Shown here one piece after another: positions 58,605 to 64,000 of a stretch of DNA of 64,000 nt. The DNA comes from Pseudomonadales bacterium (GTDB taxonomy: Bacteria; Pseudomonadota; Gammaproteobacteria; Pseudomonadales; Azotimanducaceae): positions 121,333 to 185,332 of the forward strand of contig OZ253950.1 in NCBI GenBank assembly GCA_965267275.1, read 5' to 3'. Below the pieces are notes generated by a model. That model did not search any database and had not been told where the DNA came from. It was given only the letters and a program-made list of their open reading frames with translations. Made by a program: the position numbers and the translations under genes. How positions within the stretch are numbered: the first letter of the stretch is position 1; each line of letters begins with the position of its first letter.

Positions 58605-59482
58605 AAGGCATCATCCTGGCGGGGGGAAAGGGCACGCGTCTGCATCCGGTCACCAAAGGTGTCTGTAAGCAGCTGCTGCCGGTATACGACAAGCCGATGA
58701 TCTATTACCCGCTGTCCACGCTGATGCTGGCTGGAATTCGTGAAGTGCTCATCATCTCGAATCCCTCGGACGTGCCGCTCTACCAGCAGCTCTTTGCGGA
58801 CGGCAGCCCCTGGGGCATGGAGATCTCTTACGCCGTGCAGGATGAGCCGCGCGGCCTGGCCGATGCGTTTATCGTGGGCGAGCGTTTTATTGGCGATCAG
58901 GCCTGCGTGATGATCCTCGGCGACAACATCTTTTTTGGTGCTGACCTCTCAGGGCTGATTCGCCAGGCCATCGAAGAGGACTCGCCAGCAACAGTGTTTG
59001 CCTACCCCGTGCGTGACCCTGAACGTTTTGGCGTGGTGGACATGGACGCTGGTGGCAAAGTGATTTCGCTGGAAGAAAAGCCGGCAGTCCCGCGTTCCAA
59101 CCTGGCAGTGACAGGGTTGTACATCTACGCGCCAGGGGTTGCCGAGCGCGCGAAAGCGCTTGCACCTTCTCCCCGAGGGGAGATCGAGATTACCGATTTG
59201 AACAATACTTACCTCGAGGAAGGCGATCTATCGGTGAAGGTGATGCGCCGCGGGATGGCCTGGCTCGACACCGGCACTTTTGAGTCGCTGCTGGAGGCGA
59301 GCCACTTTGTGCAGACGATCGAGCATCGCCAGGGATTGAAGATCGCGTGTCCGGAAGAAATCGCCTGGCGCAATGGCTGGATCTCCGATGCGCAACTGCG
59401 CGGTCTCGCCGAGCAGTTCAACAGTAGTGGCTACGGCGGCTATCTGCTGGAAATCCTCGACGGCTACGTAAGCGGTCGATGA
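58601..59482 (+). CDS. rfbA: Glucose-1-phosphate thymidylyltransferase
   Basis: KGIILAGGKGTRL, KQLLPVYDKPMIYYP, LGDNIF, WLDTGT. Confidence 0.96.
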   Translation: MKGIILAGGKGTRLHPVTKGVCKQLLPVYDKPMIYYPLSTLMLAGIREVLIISNPSDVPLYQQLFADGSPWGMEISYAVQDEPRGLADAFIVGERFIGDQACVMILGDNIFFGADLSGLIRQAIEEDSPATVFAYPVRDPERFGVVDMDAGGKVISLEEKPAVPRSNLAVTGLYIYAPGVAERAKALAPSPRGEIEITDLNNTYLEEGDLSVKVMRRGMAWLDTGTFESLLEASHFVQTIEHRQGLKIACPEEIAWRNGWISDAQLRGLAEQFNSSGYGGYLLEILDGYVSGR

Positions 59483-60024
59483 ATATAGAAAAAACAGAAC
59501 TGGATGGTGTGCTCATCATCGAGCCCAGGGTGTTTGCAGACGACCGCGGATTCTTCCTGGAGACCTATCACGAAAGTCGATACATCGAAGGCGGTGTCGA
59601 ACTGCGTTTCGTCCAGGACAACCATTCGCGGTCGAAGCGAAACGTAGTTCGCGGCTTGCACCTGCAGGTCCAGCACCCACAAGGAAAACTGGTCAGAGCG
59701 GTCACCGGTACGATCTGGGATGTGGCGGTTGACGTGGATCCCCATTCGCCGACCTTCAAGCGCTGGATCGGCGTTGAGCTATCCGACGAGAATCACCGCC
59801 AGCTCTACGTACCACCGGGCTATGCCCATGGTTTTTCCGTATTGAGTGACGTTGCCGACGTTGCGTACAAGTGCACGGACTTCTACGCCCCCGGGGATGA
59901 AGTGGGCATATTGTGGGACGATCCTGAGCTGGCCATCGATTGGCGTGTAGACCAGCCCTCTCTGTCGGAACGAGATGCGCAGAACCTCTCGCTGGAAGCT
60001 TACCTCGAGCGCGTTGGGTCTTAG
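59479..60024 (+). CDS. rfbC: dTDP-4-dehydrorhamnose 3,5-epimerase
   Basis: DDRGFF, VQDNHSRS, RGLH, QGKLVR, PPGYAHGF. Confidence 0.95.
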   Translation: MNIEKTELDGVLIIEPRVFADDRGFFLETYHESRYIEGGVELRFVQDNHSRSKRNVVRGLHLQVQHPQGKLVRAVTGTIWDVAVDVDPHSPTFKRWIGVELSDENHRQLYVPPGYAHGFSVLSDVADVAYKCTDFYAPGDEVGILWDDPELAIDWRVDQPSLSERDAQNLSLEAYLERVGS

Positions 60025-60911
60025 TGAATATCTGTATTCTCGGAGGCAGTGGGCAGGTCGGATCCGAAGTGCTGGAGATTGCTCGCGCGGGCGGGCACCG
60101 CGTCGATAGCCCACCGTCGAGCGCACTCGATATCAGAGACGCAGACAGCGTGGAGCGATTCTTTGCGGCTGGCGAATACGACCTGATCGTCAACTGCGCC
60201 GCGTACACTGCGGTTGATCTGGCTGAACAGCAACGCGATGAAGCCTATGCGATCAATGCCGAAGCGGTTGCCGGTATCAGTCGTGCCGCGATGGCTTCCA
60301 GCGCGAGATTGATACATCTGTCGACCGATTATGTTTTCGACGGTCAAGGCGACGTTCCTTATACGGAAATGGTGCAGCCCAATCCGCAGAGCGTTTACGG
60401 GAGTTCCAAGCTCGAGGGAGAGCGTCCGGTGCAACAGATGGGAGACCGGGGTCTGGTGCTCAGAGTGTCCTGGGTGTTTGGCGTGACGGGCGGCAACTTC
60501 GTGAAGTCGATCCTCAAGCGCGCGATGGAGCAGGGTGAACTCAGCGTCGTGGACGATCAGCTCGGCACGCCCTGTTCGGCGCGGTCTATCGCTCGGGCTG
60601 TGCTGGCGATCGCCGAGACTGATGTTTGGCAGAGGCCACTTTATCACTTCGGCGCCAAGCCGCCGGTCACATGGCATGGATTTGCCGAACAGATTGTGGA
60701 ATACGCTCGCGAGCTAGGCTTTCTCTCGAGCGATGTGCCGGTGCACAGCATCAAGACAGACACGTTGGATCTGCCTGCTGAACGACCCGCGTATTCCGTG
60801 CTGGATACGACGCTCTTTACCAGTGAGTTTGGTGACTTTGTCAGTGACTGGCGGCAGGAACTCAAGCTTGTGCTGGGCGGCCTCGCATCGTCCAGCGCTG
60901 CCGCGCGCTAA
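60024..60911 (+). CDS. rfbD: dTDP-4-dehydrorhamnose reductase
   Basis: GGSGQVG, NCAAYTAVD, STDYVFDG, YGSSKLEGE; GTG at 60024 overlaps the rfbC stop. Confidence 0.93.
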   Translation: MNICILGGSGQVGSEVLEIARAGGHRVDSPPSSALDIRDADSVERFFAAGEYDLIVNCAAYTAVDLAEQQRDEAYAINAEAVAGISRAAMASSARLIHLSTDYVFDGQGDVPYTEMVQPNPQSVYGSSKLEGERPVQQMGDRGLVLRVSWVFGVTGGNFVKSILKRAMEQGELSVVDDQLGTPCSARSIARAVLAIAETDVWQRPLYHFGAKPPVTWHGFAEQIVEYARELGFLSSDVPVHSIKTDTLDLPAERPAYSVLDTTLFTSEFGDFVSDWRQELKLVLGGLASSSAAAR

Positions 60912-60932
60912 GGCACCATTCGGGATTTTCTT

Positions 60933-62996
60933 TTGGCCGAAACAACCATATTCATACCGGTCTACAACGCCTACGAGGCGACGGCCGCGTGCTTGTCCAG
61001 TCTGGCTGCATCGCTGACAAGCAACGCGACAAGGCTGCGCATACACATCATCGATGACGCGAGTCCGGACACGAGGCTGCGCGGCCTGCTGGAACGGTTT
61101 GCCAGCGACGTGGAAGCGCCGGTTCTCGTCGAAGCCAACCCTGAAAACCTGGGTTTCGTCAAAACGGTGAACAAAGGCCTGCAGGCCAGTGACTGTGACG
61201 TGATCATTCTGAACTCTGACACGCTGGTCCACGGCGACTGGGTCGACCGCATGGTCCGTGCGGGTGCGCAGCGCGCAGACGTGGCGACTGTCACACCCTT
61301 CTCCAACAATGCCACCATCTGCAGCTATCCGGAATTCTGTGCGGAAAATGAGCTTGCCGGTCTGGATCAGGTCGCCCGTCTGGATCGGATCTTCGCTCGG
61401 GCCAACACGGGTCAAGTTGAGCAGATACCTACGGGTATCGGCTTTTGTATGCTCATCACCCGGCGTTCGATAGCAGATCTAGGCGTTTTCGATGCGGACA
61501 AATTCGGTATCGGCTACGGCGAAGAAAATGACTTCTGCATGCGCGCGCGCGAGGCCGGATGGATAAACGTGGCTGCGTGTGACGTTTACGTCGGCCACTC
61601 GGGCGGCGAATCGTTCGGGCGTCAGAAGCAGCATCGAATCAATCGGGCGCTCCGGGTTCTGGAAGAGGCGTATCCGGGATACGAAGGCCTCATTGCGGAC
61701 TTCTGCGCCCGTGATCCGTTGCGAAGATTCAGAGTGGCGTCCTGGTTGGAAGCGCTCCAGGAGGACGCCGCGAAACCGCTGATCGCCAGCATTACCCATG
61801 GCTGGGGCGGCGGCAGCGAGAAGTTTCTCAGAGAGTGGGTGCGCTCGAGCAGCGCGCAGCTGAGACATGTGTGTGTGAGTTCGGACGTCAACGGTGCAAT
61901 CACGCTGCACCATCCGTTGGGCCTGTCTACGGGCATAGAAATCGATGTCGACGAGCTCGAGGAAATTCTGCATCAGTTGGGTACCTCGAGATTGTTCGTT
62001 AATCAGTTCGTCGATCATCCGCCGGAGGTCTGGAATATCATTCTCGAGTCGGGCATTCCCTACGACATGATGCTGCACGACTATTATCTGATCTCCGGCA
62101 ATCCGACCGACCCTGATGCCCCTGAGATTGACGATGAGCCGATTAACACCCGGTTTCCTCAGAGCCTGGCGGCTCGCGTGCTTGCCAGAGCCGACAAATG
62201 TTTCACGCCATCTCAGGCTGCCAGAGACCTGTTCCTCAAGGTGTATCCGCATATCAGGGTGGTGGTGGCGCCGCACAACGAGCCGATGCTTGATGAGCCC
62301 CTGCCGGTGCGGCCGTCTGAAAATTCGGGTCGTCATCGCGTTCTTGTCATCGGTGCGCTAAGCAAAGAGAAGGGTGCCGACCTGCTCGAGGCGGTAGCGG
62401 ATCTGGCTTGGGAAACGGACCCTTCGCTCGAGTTTCTGCTCGTTGGCTATGCCTATCGTGAACTCTCGCCCAGGGTGCTCACCACCGGCGCGTACGAGGA
62501 CGCGGAAGTGCTGGAGACCGTAGCGCGCTTGCAGCCGACGCTCGTCTGGTTTCCCGCGCAATGGCACGAGACTTACAGCTACACCCTATCGGTCATCTTC
62601 AAGCTGGGCTTGCCAGTGCTGGTGTCCGACGCCGGAGCCTTTCCCGAGCGTTGCGTGAATCGTCCGCTCTCCTGGATATATCCCATGGCTTCGGCTCCCG
62701 ATGAAGTCATGGGTGAAATCGAGTCTGCGCTCGAGGTCATCGGCAGGGCTGGTGAGGCAGGCATCATGTGGCGCCCCGGCCCGGGTTATGACCTGGCCGC
62801 CGATATTGCCGGGCGAGTGCAGAAAACCGAAGCCATCAGCATCGCCCCGATCAGGAAACGCCTCTCGCGACCGCAGAACAGATTCGGCAACCTGATTCTG
62901 CAATACCGCCAGATGCAGTTCGTCCGTCCGCTGATTGCCTTGCTCCCTTCTCCCCTGAAACTATGGATACTGAGACGGGCTAAACTCATCAACTAG
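60933..62996 (+). CDS. GT2 + GT4-like fusion glycosyltransferase
   Basis: IPVYNA, IDDASPD, NLGFVKTVN, LNSD, GYGEENDFC; second domain GGGSEK, KGADLL, ETYSYTLS. Confidence 0.85.
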   Translation: MAETTIFIPVYNAYEATAACLSSLAASLTSNATRLRIHIIDDASPDTRLRGLLERFASDVEAPVLVEANPENLGFVKTVNKGLQASDCDVIILNSDTLVHGDWVDRMVRAGAQRADVATVTPFSNNATICSYPEFCAENELAGLDQVARLDRIFARANTGQVEQIPTGIGFCMLITRRSIADLGVFDADKFGIGYGEENDFCMRAREAGWINVAACDVYVGHSGGESFGRQKQHRINRALRVLEEAYPGYEGLIADFCARDPLRRFRVASWLEALQEDAAKPLIASITHGWGGGSEKFLREWVRSSSAQLRHVCVSSDVNGAITLHHPLGLSTGIEIDVDELEEILHQLGTSRLFVNQFVDHPPEVWNIILESGIPYDMMLHDYYLISGNPTDPDAPEIDDEPINTRFPQSLAARVLARADKCFTPSQAARDLFLKVYPHIRVVVAPHNEPMLDEPLPVRPSENSGRHRVLVIGALSKEKGADLLEAVADLAWETDPSLEFLLVGYAYRELSPRVLTTGAYEDAEVLETVARLQPTLVWFPAQWHETYSYTLSVIFKLGLPVLVSDAGAFPERCVNRPLSWIYPMASAPDEVMGEIESALEVIGRAGEAGIMWRPGPGYDLAADIAGRVQKTEAISIAPIRKRLSRPQNRFGNLILQYRQMQFVRPLIALLPSPLKLWILRRAKLIN

Positions 62997-63113
62997 CCTG
63001 CTGTCATTTTCTTTTTAGTCGTTGATTTGACAATGAGGAAACTAGTCACGATGATGCGCAGCCATCGCCTCTGTCACGCGCCGACGACCCGTTACGGTTA
63101 GAAAAACCAGCCT

Positions 63114-63929
63114 ATGAGAGATCCTTCGGCGCCGCTTCGCTCGCTGCTCAAATCCAGATCCTTCGTCCTGCATATGTCCAAGCGGCGTATTCGCACCCGT
63201 TATGCACAGACCTGGCTGGGCTACGGATGGTTTGTTCTGCAGCCGCTCATATTTCTGTTTGCCATCGGTTTCATGCGGGCCGTGTTGTTTCCAGCCAACT
63301 GGGAGACACCGCGCGGCACGATCATCACTAATGAAGAGTATCTGGTGGGTCTTTTTGTTGGTCTCACGCTGTTCTGGTTTGTGTCCGAAAACCTGCCGCG
63401 CGCACCGTCGCTGCTCAGGGAATATGCGGGGATAATCAAGAATGAACGCATTGCCCTGGATAGTTTTGTCGCTATCGCGATGTTTGAGTCGGTTTTTCAA
63501 CTGGCTCTTCGGTTTATCATGCTGCTGATCGGCGTGCTTATTGCGGGCGTCGAGCTGTCGCTGCACTTTCTGGCGTTGCCGCTCGTGGCATTGCCGTTGG
63601 CCATGGCGACACTGGGTCTCGGCTGGATCTTTGCCAGGTTTGGGACCAAATATCGGGACCTGGAGCAGGTGCTTCCGCCACTTTTTGCGGCGTTGTTCTT
63701 CGTCAGCGCTGTATTTTTCCCGATAAGCGCATTGCCTGAGCATGTTGGAGCGCTTCTGCTCCTGAACCCAATTGCGTTCTGTATAGAAGCGGCCCGGGAT
63801 CTGGTGCTCTGGCAGATCTGGCCTGACTGGTATCATCTCAGCGTGCTTACGTTGGTGGGGTTTTTGTTGATGTGGCTGGGTTGGATGATTTTTGACGATA
63901 ACAAAGGAAAATACGTTGACCTCATCTGA
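63114..63929 (+). CDS. wzm: ABC-2 polysaccharide export permease
   Basis: RYAQTWLG..W..LQPL, multiple TM helices, RDLEQV, NPIAFCIEAARD. Confidence 0.85.
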   Translation: MRDPSAPLRSLLKSRSFVLHMSKRRIRTRYAQTWLGYGWFVLQPLIFLFAIGFMRAVLFPANWETPRGTIITNEEYLVGLFVGLTLFWFVSENLPRAPSLLREYAGIIKNERIALDSFVAIAMFESVFQLALRFIMLLIGVLIAGVELSLHFLALPLVALPLAMATLGLGWIFARFGTKYRDLEQVLPPLFAALFFVSAVFFPISALPEHVGALLLLNPIAFCIEAARDLVLWQIWPDWYHLSVLTLVGFLLMWLGWMIFDDNKGKYVDLI

Positions 63930-64000
63930 TATCGCCATTTCGGTTTCCGACGTCTCCAAGTCTTATCGCCTGGAAGGTGAAGGCGCGAAAGCAAGTAAGA
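63916..64000 (+). CDS. wzt: Probable Wzt ABC ATP-binding subunit, 5' end only (runs off the window)
   Basis: AAAGGA RBS, TTG start, ..SSDIAISVSDVSKSYRL; overlaps the end of wzm. Confidence 0.6.
   Translation, partial: MTSSDIAISVSDVSKSYRLEGEGAKASK

Overview
Gammaproteobacterial chromosome segment in three parts. (1) 1-15246: housekeeping genes apaG-apaH, yeaG-yeaH-ycgB, cca, folB/tsaD and rpsU-yqeY-manC-dnaG-rpoD, ending in a tRNA with a CAT anticodon (probably Ile2). (2) About 15241-36363: a visibly more AT-rich integrative mobilisable element of about 21 kb inserted at the tRNA 3' end. It encodes a large serine recombinase, a coupling protein, MobC and a relaxase, and carries defence cargo (type I R-M, a NucS-like nuclease, an M48 peptidase, Hachiman). 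(3) About 36650-64000: a surface-glycan locus (O-antigen ligase family, glycosyltransferases, sulfotransferases, rmlBACD, wzm, start of wzt) containing a 1531-aa repeat surface protein. Main finding: the recombinase ORF runs through its own attachment site. In the integrated state its last 14 aa are the antisense of the tRNA. Recombination at the shared CCACCAT core (15241-15247 / 36357-36363) would replace them in frame with a 34-aa tail stored 21 kb away, whose stop codon overlaps the mobC start (TAATG). Excision is therefore predicted to remodel the integrase and to join the transfer genes into one operon. A second att-like copy with compensating hairpin changes lies 125 bp further right. 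All homology calls come from motif recognition by eye; no searches were run.
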